In this document: in pieces, positions 28,143-38,894 of the stretch
How the letters are laid out: each line of letters opens with the position of its first letter
Numbering within the stretch: the stretch's first letter is position 1
From: Haplodiscus bocki
Taxonomy: Eukaryota
DNA: 64,000 nucleotides
Reading direction: 5' to 3'
Assembly (NCBI GenBank): GCA_965655095.1
Contig: OZ296650.1
Location: 62,868,001-62,932,000 of the forward strand
The notes under the pieces: generated by a model
What the model was told of the DNA's origin: nothing
Database searches by the model: none
Seen by the model: only the letters and a program-made list of their open reading frames with translations
Made by a program: the position numbers and the translations under genes

Positions 28143-28548
28143 ATGGAAAATTTTGTTCTTGTACCCGTTTCTATATAAAACATTGAAACAAAACAACAGT
28201 TGTTACGAAACCAGAACTACCTTCTTATCAGTTTGAAAAAACTCCCGAGTACCAGGTTGACTCGTTGAAGAAAAATATCAAACAGAATTTTTTCGCTAAA
28301 ACTGAATCACTAGTTGACAAACTTCTATCATCACCTCGCATATAACTCTCGAACTCCAACTTTTTACTTTTGGATGGAAAGGATAATGCGAAATGACAGA
28401 TTTCGCATTCAAATTGCAAAGGAAGAATGCTGAGGTTCCCGACATCTACTTCACATTGCTTGATGCTGCCGATAATACATCAAGATCAATTTTGAATCAA
28501 AATGCTAGGGAACAAGACAGAGGAAACTGGGTTCTTTTCAGAATATGA
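28143..28548 (+). pseudogene. Small Maverick ORF between ATPase and integrase
   Basis: MENFVLVPVS...ESLVDKLLSSPRI*LSNS..LLLDG...VPDIYFTLLDAA...ILNQNAREQDRGNWVLFRI*. Its stop overlaps the integrase ATG (ATGA). Confidence 0.7.
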
Positions 28549-29439
28549 GCGACCAAAACAACAGAGATTATACAGTTAAGGTAGTGCAGCGTATGGGTCA
28601 GGACAGCATTTGGTAAAAGGCAGCAAAATTCCAATTTCAAAGGTTCGTTAAGTCTCGCATTCGAAGACATCGTACATCAGATTTTCTCAACCTACCCAAA
28701 AAATCCGAAAAATGAAGGCTTTGCGAGGTTCAGAAACTGAACCTGGTGCATGGATTTGGCGTTTGCTGATAAGTTGGCGAGAGGCAACGATGGAGTTAAA
28801 TATTTGCTTGTATGTCAATGTCAAGACATGTTTGACAAGACAATGGATGTAAGAGGAATGAAGACGAAAGATTCGAAAGAAACACTGAAGACGTTTCCAA
28901 AAATGATTTAAGAAAAGGAACCGATCGAAAAAAATATGGGTAGATCAAGGAACGGAGTCTGTTGAAAATTCAACAAATTTTGTGCTGCGGAGTTTATAGA
29001 AAAATAATGCACAATGAGTGAGACAAAAGCTGCTCTGGCAGAGCGAAAATCATGTCCCTGAAGAACATTATGTATCGATATATTGAAGATGATGGATATA
29101 ACTATAATCACAAGTGACCACAATTTGTTGCTACCTTCAACTCCAGAAAATCGCACTGTTGGCATCAAAACAAAGTTGAAAATCCTGATTTCATGTCTGT
29201 ACTCTACGGTCATCCCCTAAAGGAGTTCAAGCAACTCAAATTCAAAACAGGCGACAAGCTTCGTATTTCAAAGATTGACTGACCATTCAGGAAAGGTCAT
29301 TACCCACAGTTTACAGAAGAAGTGTTTCAAATCATTGCTATTACTAGCAAAAAAACCTCTAACGTACACCATAAAGGATGAACAGAGTCTGATCATACTC
29401 GGGAGATTCGACCAAAAGGAACTAATCCGAGTCATTTGA
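28545..29439 (+). pseudogene. Maverick retroviral-like (c-)integrase
   Basis: WCMDLAFADKLARGNDGVKYLLVCQ/DMF, KKIWVDQGTE and SETKAALAER give the D,D,E triad. C-terminus KFKTGDKLRISK..PFRKGHYPQFTEEVFQI...YTIKD. Several stops and frameshifts. Confidence 0.93.
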
Positions 29440-29441
29440 GA

Positions 29442-30242
29442 ATGGATCCGTTCAGACTAGCGTTGGTCTCAAACGCTCCGTCACAATCATTTCCTGAAAA
29501 CACTGAGCTCTTTCCCCAATTTCCTTCCAAAGCAAGTTAATTTAGATGATCAATGGGAGGCAGCAATTTCAGAGATCTCCTACCCCTCAAAGTACCACAA
29601 TGTTACCGAGGGAAACCTTTATTTTACGATGAAAAACAATCAAAAACAAAAGATCTCCATCACATTGAACCAGGCCTGTATCCTTCCATTACAAATATTC
29701 TACAAGCGATGCACTCACTATTTCAAAACAGAAACTATCACGACACCTGCGTCAGAGTGAAAGTGTCCCGAAGAACACAAAAAAATTGATGTTTCCCTTG
29801 TTAACGAAGAATATTGTTTGGTGATATCTAAAAATGATTTGGCTCATATTTCGGGAGGTGTTATACGCAACGCATGGGAATTTCATTGCGAGGAATAGGA
29901 CCTCACAAGCCATTGTTTGAACACAATATTGTTCGAATTCATTCGCTCATGATTTACACCGACATTGTCGAGTGCAATATAGTTGGAGACACAAAATCTC
30001 CCTTGTTGCGTTGTTTTCCCTTCATATCGAAGCTGGAGTCCCGCGATACCATTACCATCCGGTGGAGATTACATGAATTATCAGACTTTGAGTAACCTGC
30101 AGTTTCGTAGGTGGCTGAAAAGTTAATTCACAGGATACATATTGATTAGAGGGATACTTCAGGCGAAAAAATTCCCATTGTTTCCGAGGGAATTACTCGA
30201 CTCGTTCTCATGTTTAGAAACGTGTCTGATGTTAATTTGTGA
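29442..30242 (+). pseudogene. Maverick minor capsid (penton) protein
   Basis: MDPFRLALVSNAPSQSFPENT/SSFPNFLPKQVNLDDQWEAAISEISYP...SLMIYTDIVECNIVGDTKSPLLRCFP...RDTSGEKIP...TRLVLMFR matches the characteristic Polinton penton N- and C-terminal motifs. Confidence 0.88.
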
Positions 30243-30259
30243 TTGAACGATAGTGTGAA

Positions 30260-30621
30260 ATGGTTGTCTCAACATAAGTAGATCTGCCCTACCACAGAGG
30301 AGTGCGTAGAGAACGAGCACATGGTGCTTTCGTTCAAGTTATTGGGAGATCTGCAACTCTCTTCCTCAAAAAAAATATTGTCCCGGCCGCTAGACGAATC
30401 GGAGCTGACATGTTGGAGTTCGCAGTACCTGAAAACGGCGTTGTCAGCGGTAGAAAATTATCAAATCAGCTGCCAAAGACATGGGGCGACAAACACTGAG
30501 AAAACAACTAATTGGTGGTAGCAGAAGACGTTCCGCCAGAAAGGTCATCACAACCAAATCTAGTAAACGAAGCAGTCGGTCACGCAAAGACATTTTTGCC
30601 AACCTTGCGACTGGACTATGA
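30260..30621 (+). pseudogene. Small basic, amphipathic Maverick core/maturation-type protein
   Basis: ...RGVRRERAHGAFVQVIGRSATLFLKKNIVPAARRIGADMLEFAVPE...RQTLRKQLIGGSRRRSARK...RSRKDIF; Arg/Lys-rich tail, located between the penton and major capsid genes. Confidence 0.7.
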
Positions 30622-31950
30622 CTTCCGTAAGTCTTCGGAACCAACCTTTCGTAGCCGTTTCGGGTAACTTGGAGGTAAATTCCCACTTGTTGATCATGTT
30701 TTGTCATCTCATGAACAACGAAAATACCCTACCACTTCATTGGACGAAAACAGCCTTGAGTTTGAGTTTCGAACTGATCGCAACTATTACGATTGGATAT
30801 AGACCTAGCTCCCAAAATCAAATTTGTCAAAGGGAGCAGCTATGACACTTTCACAGTCAAGGAAGCTCAAAAAGAGCACACCGCCGAAGAGTCGACCACA
30901 GCAGACGCCAATGACGAATCCACCAGCGATGAAAACACTGAGTCAAGGCCTTTCGTTACTTATGTAAACAACATTATGCATTCAGTTTTTTCCATTGTTG
31001 AGGTATACATCAACAACCAGCAAATATACAACCGCAACGGACTCCATGCGCTCAAAATGGTACATTTCAAACGATTCCAATGGAGCATACTCTGATAACA
31101 AAGGATTTATGCATTACGAATGTTATCACTACGAAGAGAATTCCGATGATGTACAAGAAGCCCCGATGTCTGATACTTTTTTCAGAAAAATGAAAATGCG
31201 CAGCAGACCTGGTGGGTTTATCTTGTACAGTAAATTGGGAGTTGATTTATCAACATCGCCATTGCTATACCCAAACAAGAAAGTTAGAATACGGTTAAGA
31301 GCCCGACCAAAAGCTTGTATGATCAGCGACAACCCTAAAGATAGCGTTGTAATTGTAGACTGTTCACTTTACACTCGACGTATCGCCTCAAAAGATGATT
31401 ATCACAAAAAAAGAATGGACATGCTTGCATACACTCCTGTGGAGTACAACTATATGGATACACTAGCAAAAACACTCAAAATATCAGCCCGACAAAATCA
31501 GTTCACTGAAGAAAACATTTTTCACGCACCTGTATGGCGAAAAGCAAAAGCAATGAATAGCAACTCTGCATTAACAGGATCTTTCACTGAAAACCCATTC
31601 TGGTATCAGTTCGACTTGAGGCAAATTAGAATACTCAGAGGAGGACACCCAAATGTAGATTATGACACTTCCGATAATTGTCGTCTATGTTACTACAATG
31701 AAAGCAAGGCATTTTCAAAACAACATACAGTCCATCCCTATTGATAATTTCGAAGACCGATACGTGCTACTATGCCATTTGACGCCGATCCAAGATGCAA
31801 CTGAACAATGTCACTATCCTGAACTGGTTGGAGAGCCACTGAGACTCGAGCTGAAATTTACTCCTGCACTCAGGCACGTTACAGAATTTATTGTATTGGA
31901 AGAACGGATGTCTTTGGTAGTTTGGTGTCGTTGGAGAAAACATTTGATAG
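30618..31950 (+). pseudogene. Maverick major capsid (double jelly-roll) protein
   Basis: YPTTSLDENSLEFEFRTDRNYY, YVNNIMHSVFSIVEVYINNQQI, KLGVDL..LLYPNKKVRIRLRARP, GSFTENPFWY.FDLRQIRI and LRLELKF across four frameshifted ORF pieces. Confidence 0.88.
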
Positions 31951-32315
31951 GGATAGCGTTTGCCTTCGACACATAATTGATCGAAATCCACTCCTCAAGT
32001 ATCGGTAGATTGGTTCCTTTCCGTGCGATCTAGTACCAAGTTTACCCAATAATACATTTCCGATTATCAACACGCAACCCAGCAAGATGCAGGGGAGCAT
32101 TGGATTATGATTGCGAAATTTCATCAATTTTTTGCCGATTCACTTGGTCGCAAAAACTACAGTTTCCTGAAGAATGACTACCAACTGATGATTCCAGAGC
32201 GGTTGCAGGCACTTCCCAGCGTCTAGATTCTACGCGATTCACGCAGTTTTTCTTCTCTTCAAGTTCGGACAGAAAGAAATTACCGGAGTTCATGATGTAA
32301 ACGTACTTTCAAGTA
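31950..32315 (+). pseudogene. Adenovirus-type (adenain) cysteine protease
   Basis: IGSFPCDLVP...IINTQPSKMQG/EHWIMIAK..FADSLG...RLQ..PSV*/FYAIH. Catalytic His and Asp are present; the Cys-Gly site is destroyed. Confidence 0.88.
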
Positions 32316-32399
32316 GTTTTTCAAATTTTTATTGTAAATGTGCAATATATAGATTGTAATTGTTTCCATTTGTACTCTCTAATAAAACTTTTTAGAACT

Positions 32400-32638
32400 T
32401 TAAAGGAATTTTCTATATAGCAGTATCCGCATGCGTATTAAGATGTCCGCAGGCGTAAGAAACATTCGCGACCCTAAAAGTGTTGCATAATAAACTCACT
32501 GTCGGTGGCGCGTGGCCCAGGAAAAATAGTTCAGCAACCAAAAACACATCAGAGGGGGTGATGATCCTTCCGGGCTCTCGGATCTTGATACATGAGGGTC
32601 ATCAACACCCTGGCTGTCTTCGTCGACTATATACTACT
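32400..32638 (+). repeat. Probable right terminal region (TIR) of the Maverick
   Basis: Non-coding stretch after the protease ending cgactatatACTACT, the reverse complement of an AGTAGT-type Polinton terminus. The partner TIR is not in the window and the inner boundary is a guess. Confidence 0.55.
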
Positions 32639-32887
32639 AACACTGGATGGAGGCAGCGAGTCAACTAGTTAGTGAGAAAAATTTTGATACAAAGCCGAAG
32701 CTGTGCTTCGCAATAATTGCGCCAACGGAAAACTAGTGAACAAATGAATTAATTATGAAGGGTCCACGATACTACGACTACTGATCACAACAATAGAAAC
32801 TAGGTAAATTCCTGTACATTTAAATACAAGTGAGAAATCTTTCACTCGCTTCATATTTTGAATAAAAACACTGATCTCAAGCAACAA

Positions 32888-32952
32888 TGGCCCAGACCGT
32901 GTAGCATGCGCCTGCAGCGCGAACGGTCGTAGTTTCGAACCGAGGTCACTCC
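32888..32952 (+). pseudogene. tRNA-like relic (SINE head or tRNA pseudogene)
   Basis: A-box-like tggcccagacc, anticodon-arm-like tgcgc-ctGCAgc-gcgaa, and B-box-like gtttcgaacc. No proper acceptor stem. Confidence 0.4.
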
Positions 32953-34959
32953 CTCCTTTTTGGTCAAAATCTAGAAACTTGTGTCAGTTGCGAGCGGGTC
33001 GGAAAAAAGGAAGACTGTAATGAAACACTTGCGTGCGTACCTGTATTGAGCAAGAAAAGTAAAAAGATCGCTGAAGAGGTTGCGGACAGGCGCAATTCTA
33101 CCATTAGTTGTTAAGAACAATTTCAACAAAAAAATACTAGTAAATTGCTCATCGATTTTCCAATCACGAGTTAAGATTTTTCTCAACAGTATATCATAAT
33201 GGGCTGCTATGTGTTTCCCAGCTACACCGCACCTCTAGGCTATGTGCAGCTGAACCACAGCTAGATTTACCAAACGGAATAAAATTCACAGTGAAAACAC
33301 TTTGAACGAACAATGCAAGTAAAAGGATCATCGAGTTTTCAATTACAAATTTAGTAATTTCGCAGTAAAAATCAAAATCACCGATCACAAACAGTTTGGA
33401 GTATCTCTTTAAATGAATCAGAAGTATTCAAAAGGAAATGGACTCTCTGACAGGAGCCGGCGACACCAATTTAAAGCGCGGTATAACAAAGTCTTTACTG
33501 TAGCTACACTGTCGAAATTGCACAAAAAGTTGCAATAATGTAAGCTCAGAAAAAAGTGATGGTTGATCTCGATTCCAAGACACCTTCTCACTGCAAATTT
33601 AACACAGTCGAAGTTGTTCCTACCAACACCAGCGACAATCCACCGTAATTACTCTACACAGTTATCGAAATATATCCTGCGTATTCAATACATCAAAACT
33701 ATAGCAAGCCAGCAGGTTTTTTAAAGTCAAAATGCTGACATTCAAAAATTGATAGAAGATAACCTGTTAGTGATTAAAACGTTTAGAGTTTGATTGACCT
33801 ACCCGCAAAAACTGGCTCTAAACATAGGGCGAGATACTCAAGTAGAAAGAAAAATTTGTTTAATTTTCGAGCACAAGTGAAGATATTCCGTGAAAAACGT
33901 GAAAGATAAACTGTCCCACTTTAAATAACATCTGAAAACAACAAAGAACTAGATGGACAGAATGCGAGAGAAAGTTTTCAAGAAAAACCTTCAGACGAAA
34001 ACTCAAAGTGAAAGCTTCTTGGAATTGTCTTTGACAAGGTAAAATATTTTGCTGGAAAAGTGTGTTATTCCATCGCAGCTCTTTCCATCGACCCACCAGG
34101 CAATGATTCGTCGAAGTAGCCGTAAATGCACTACATGTGACCAACATTCTTCAAGAAAAACACCTTCGATGAACGACACAGGTCAAATATCTTCGGGTTT
34201 TATCTATATGTTCAGATTTTTAGTCACAAAATTATGAACCAGTTAACCCCAGTAAATCCACAAGACTTCTAAGTAGTGGAAACTTGAATAAGCGCTAGAT
34301 GGACCCAATCCTACCATAAATTGTTAAAAAAAGAGAATTTTAACGAACAAGAGTAGGACTGGCAAACAGGCTTTTTGGGTGGTTCAACCTATAGGCAAGT
34401 TTTCCGGAGCCTTGAAAAATGGAAATCTTCCAATTTTGCTCGTTTTCCGACCATTCGGACTCAACGGGTGTGCTTAACGTGTCCTAAGGTATTGAGAATT
34501 AACGTACTTGATGAAACTTCAGAAATCAAAGCTGCAAAGCTGACTTTCCTCTGGAAACAAGGAAAAGCTATGGAGAATGCTACCCCCGCCCCAATTTCTT
34601 ATCTCAATTCAAAAAAAAATGCTATATTTACTAGAATTTATAAAATTTTTGGAACTGTTGCATATCAAGATTCAAAAGATCCATCAGCGCCGGTTGGGTA
34701 CAGCTTTACCAGAAAATTTTTTTCAAGCAAAAACTAAACGCCAAAAAATCTCACTCCAACTTTGGACCCACTGATGAAATTATTTTTTTCGAAGGAACGC
34801 TAATATAAACAACATGAAAATCTAAGAGTCTCACTTTTACACTTTTTCAATTCAATATATCTTGTAGTTTTTGAGCGTCCAACTTGGGAAAATTTTACCC
34901 CTAATCACACGACTGTTGTACAGGATCCAACAAAGCGTCAGATCCTTCTCCATGCGCAA

Positions 34960-35896
34960 GATCACCAGGGAACCTGAAATGGGTTATAATTAGTCCAGTG
35001 GAAAATGGGGAATTGATTATCATACATCCTCAAGACAGGTTAGAAGAGTATGAAGGGTCCAAAAGCCTTGCAAAGCACCCATCGCAACATGACAGACTTA
35101 CAGCAGTTGATTAAAAGCAGGGAGGGAACTCTTACCAGAAAGGGTCTAAAGCTGAACTCAAAAAGAAGCGCCACAGCTTCAAGCCGCGAAGAGAAACAGA
35201 CTGAAACTATATCTTGCCGCAGAGAAGTGATCCGAAAGGCTGAACTGCCTTCTAGAGCACGCCAACTTCATTTCGGCAGACCAAGAATTCCGAAATGTTA
35301 TCTCTCTGAGGTAAAACAGGGAACCCAAGAAACTTCCACTGTGTGCCGTGTAGATTAGTCTTCACAAACACTCACTCATTACACTGCGCAAAAGGAGGAT
35401 TCGCCCACCTGCGTCACAAGACTTCGTGACACTTTTGCTGAGTATTTGGACGAAATGTGCCATGATGTGGAAAAAGAACTTTTGTTACCGCCAATTACAG
35501 CAGAGATATTCGAAAATAAAACAACAACAGACGAGGAAGCAAGACTGGACATCAAAGCAAATCAAATGATCTTTGGAAGACAAAATTTATTGAAGTTTTT
35601 TTGGATGTCAAAATCTTCAAGCCCCCTCCACGCCAAAAACATGCGCGAAGAAATTCGAGGAAGCCCACAAAGATCATCAACAACTCAAAAAAAACACGAG
35701 GCCAAGATAACCGAAGTCCGTTGGTCAATTTAATCCATTGTTCTCATGTATAGGTGCCAGTGGCACTTCTGTAATCTCGAACTAAATTATTGGAAAAACG
35801 CAGTTAAAAACACCTGACAGCACGCTCTCCTAAGCACCAAAATAAGTTCTAAGTTAGTACGTAGCTGTATTCTCTGCCTGAGGGACTGTAGATGAT
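34960..35896 (+). mobile_element. CRE-clade non-LTR retrotransposon 3' remnant (zinc knuckle plus restriction-like endonuclease)
   Basis: HSLHCAKGGFAHLRH/LRDTFAEYLDEMCHDVEKE...ARLDIKAN..LW...DVKIF.P...FNPL...LVRSCILCLRDCR across frameshifts. Confidence 0.8.
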
Positions 35897-36727
35897 CGAA
35901 AAAACCAACAATTTTCGATAAATAACCAATGAGGAAAGGCTACACGGAAGCTAATAATATCCAAATTAAATTACATACTTTTCATAGGTGACAAGAGAAA
36001 CAAGCCGGGAACGGACCAAGTCAGCACCGCGTGAAATATCCATGCGCGTCCGTGTTTTTCTAAAAAAAGATACTTGTACGATAAAAACTCATGTGATTAT
36101 TGCTTCGCAGTTTCTTTTAATAAACTGCTCGCACAGCGTCGAAAAATTAGTAGAGGGACTATTCGGTACGATACTTACCGCCTGAGGAATTTATTAGTTC
36201 AGAAATTATTAGATTTAGCTTTGTTATTTTTTCCTATATAATAACGTTATTTTCACATTTTATGTACTTCTTCCACTTTTTTGTAGTATATGACATTTTT
36301 CAAAGACCACTCTCCTTTTGGAAGCGCATGAAATCGACTCTTCATTTTAGTCATAACACAGTGAAAAATCTAGCCACTGTAAATAGTCGGGTACTTTTAC
36401 TTGATTGTAAAGTAACGACTAAAAATTAGAATTCCTTCGTCGCCAGGGTCCTTTAGTTTGCTCATCTTGAGAGATGACTCCGACACTGCTCTTTATGTAT
36501 GCTCAATCTTTTTGATTTGCTTTTTGTGCTGCTTTGGACTTATTTTTTTAATGTAGTTTCTTTGATGTGGTATTGTCACCAGTTCTCCTCTTTATTTCAA
36601 ATGTCAATTTAATTACCAGTGCCTGCAATTTCATACTAGTCTGAATTTAGGCATTGTAACCTTCCAATTGACTAGTTTAAATCAATTTGAAGAACATTTA
36701 ATTTTTATTTCTGATTATGTTGCTCAC

Positions 36728-37016
36728 CTGGAATTTGGTCACCCGAAGCGTTGCCCGTACCAATTTGAGTTTCCACCAATGCAATTATCGCAAAGCCAGA
36801 CAACAGGGCTGAAGTTCGAGAAGACGCTTTCAACTTCGATCTTCCCAGTAAAATTCTCCAACGCAATAATTCTTCAGGTGTTACAGCTGATACATTAGAA
36901 TCCAAATTGAAAACAGTCTGTTGGTGATTTGGGGTACAAGGCGACGATGCTTCCGAAGCTCCTGTCACAACTATAGATGGATGCAGTGATGGTGGCGCAA
37001 GTCTTTCAGGTGCCAT
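36728..37016 (-). CDS. Orai: Host Orai-family CRAC channel, first coding exon (N-terminus and TM1)
   Basis: [27 protein letters not shown] matches the Orai TM1 signature, including the selectivity-filter Glu. The exon ends at CAG|GTGAGC (donor 36727-36726) and is preceded by acceptor tttttcag (AG at 37038-37037). TM2-4 exons were not found in the window. Confidence 0.95.
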
Positions 37017-37641
37017 AAGCGCTATAGAGCATTTGCCTGAAAAACTATTTTTTTCTTCTTACCCACAGAAGCGTTCATTCAGCCCCTAATAAAAAGAAGA
37101 CGCATTGCAGATGCTATCTTTTAAATATGATATAAAATGAACAGAAGTACAACTTCTCAAAAAACATCCCTACACTTTTATATTGCGACATACACGGGCT
37201 TCAGACGATAACAAAAAATTTCATAACTGATTCGATGGAAACCAGAAGTCAGAGTTACTTCTAACCGCGATGATTCTAATATTTTACAGAAGCGAAGCTG
37301 TGCTAAGAATGCACTGTAATGAACTGAAAATAATGTACAGCGTAAGAAAGAACATACAGATAGTAAATGGACTAAACCTCATTTCCTAATTATTACACTG
37401 TTGCGGATTTCGAGTTAGAGAGAGATTGAGCACAAGACTTTTCAAAGTAGAGCTGGAGTGTTAGTAGACATCTCTTCCTAAACTCATTAGATTCTGCAAA
37501 ACTATTTTCTATGATAGTTGAGCTCATGTGACGAACAGACGTGGAAATGCGACTAAAAGCCTTCGTTTCAACATTTTAATCATTCTAAAAGCAGTTTACG
37601 GCTCCGGTCGATTGAGATTTACCATTGGTAGTTAGGAAAAC

Positions 37642-38054
37642 TCTAACGTTAGCAACGTTCTTGTTTCATTTTAGAGTTTCAAATTTCGCATAAGGCGAGA
37701 GCGGTTTTAAATCATTGAATTCCACTTTAGGATTTTATGTTCTTCTGGATGCGGGTTCACCGAGTGGATTCCAACGAAGTTCTCAGCAGTTTCAACCAAA
37801 AAGGGTGAGTTTCAGTGGTCAACTTTATTTCTTAATATCCAATTTTGTAGTGTTCCAAGTTAAAGATCATCTCGTGTTTATATACAAAGGTTTCAAGTTC
37901 ATTAGTTTGTCATAATTAGTTAACAGGATATTTGACATTATTATCTTTCTCAGGCATCTCTCTGGCGCCCAATTTAAGTTGTTCGTTTTACTTAAGATAA
38001 AGTTCCTGGGTCTCTTTCTGAGATAAGCTTCTTGCTTCAGCTGTCATCGTAACA
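37642..38054 (-). repeat. 3' LTR
   Basis: About 6 differences from 51918-52330. Minus-strand termini TGTTACG...CGTTAGA; TATATAAA at 37884-37877 and AATAAA at 37829-37824. Confidence 0.88.
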
Positions 38055-38560
38055 TGGAATGTGACAAAAACCAAAATATTTTAGTAACGTCTATTATCAG
38101 TTTTAAACATGCAGTTTGGAGCAATTGACGAAAAACGAAATTAATGGAAATCCCGTAACCAACCGAACTACGCATTACTAAATAGTTGCTCCTCTACAAA
38201 TTCACACCCGAATATGTATTTTCCCTGGTATTCTCTTGAAAAACCCGAAATTGCTCATTTTAGTTTTTACTTATCACCGGAGAGCAAGACTTGTCGGAAA
38301 CGAAAAAGACATAACAATGGAAGAGTGGTGCGATAGCCACTCTACAGATTCTTCGCAGAGCCCTGAAATCCTCAAACTAACTTTTAACATCAGTTTGTGG
38401 AATTTCAGTCAGTGGTTACAACCCAAAAGAGCATACCATATTGGAAGCACTGGGAAAAAGAACATCGACAATTGCGCTTTCCGAGAAACCAAAAAAAAAA
38501 GAGAAATAGGAAGATATCAGGAATGGTTGACAAATCGTATAGTTAGTTGCTTTTTCTTCT
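38055..38560 (+). repeat. Copy of the host flank 52331-52832 placed inside the element, next to the 3' LTR
   Basis: About 98% identical to 52331-52832. It contains the start of a LINE endonuclease that continues only in the right-hand copy. Confidence 0.85.
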
Positions 38561-38894
38561 ATTTGAATAGAAAAAAACATTTGAATAGAACAGGAAAAAA
38601 AAGCTGGTTCCTTTTCCAAGGATTGGAGCGGACCGCTGAAAAATGAGTGTTGTGTGTTTTATCCGGGATGCTGACCCGGGCGAGCCATTGCTGTCATGAT
38701 ATCGCTTGAGAAGGCGGAGAAGGCGCTTGAACGTAAATGACACCTTCTTGTTGAACAGTATCGTAAGAAGGGCATTGAATTTGCTTGACTGCGGGGAACT
38801 TGTTGCTTCCTGAACTTACCATACTAATTTCTGAAGCAGTGCGTTTGATACCGTGGCCTGCTACATTTAAACAGTGTCCGAAGTGGGTTCTCTT

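Larger units (their letters stand above)
22399..32638 (+). mobile_element. Degenerate Maverick/Polinton (adintovirus-like) element, right arm with morphogenesis and integrase module
   Basis: Co-oriented ATPase, integrase, minor capsid, core protein, major capsid and protease pseudogenes, ending in ...tatatACTACT. No pPolB recognised in the window. Membership of 22399-25054 is inferred from context only. Confidence 0.92.

Noticed and set aside
32888-32952. Functional tRNA-Cys gene
   Set aside because: No acceptor stem, and mismatched arms; retained only as a tRNA-like relic.
37037-37062. 26-nt GTAAG...TTTTCAG micro-intron before Orai (and a 24-nt one at ~41215-41238)
   Set aside because: Shorter than most animals can splice; the sites more likely pair with distant partners. 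Cannot be supported without RNA data.
37642-38560. Treating the whole ~920-bp direct repeat as the LTR
   Set aside because: A canonical TGTTAC end occurs at 38054/52330, and the remainder is LINE-derived flank that continues only on the right.
38236-38646. 136-aa ORF as an LTR-encoded gene
   Set aside because: It is made of decayed LINE endonuclease sequence and junction DNA, and the frame differs in the second copy.
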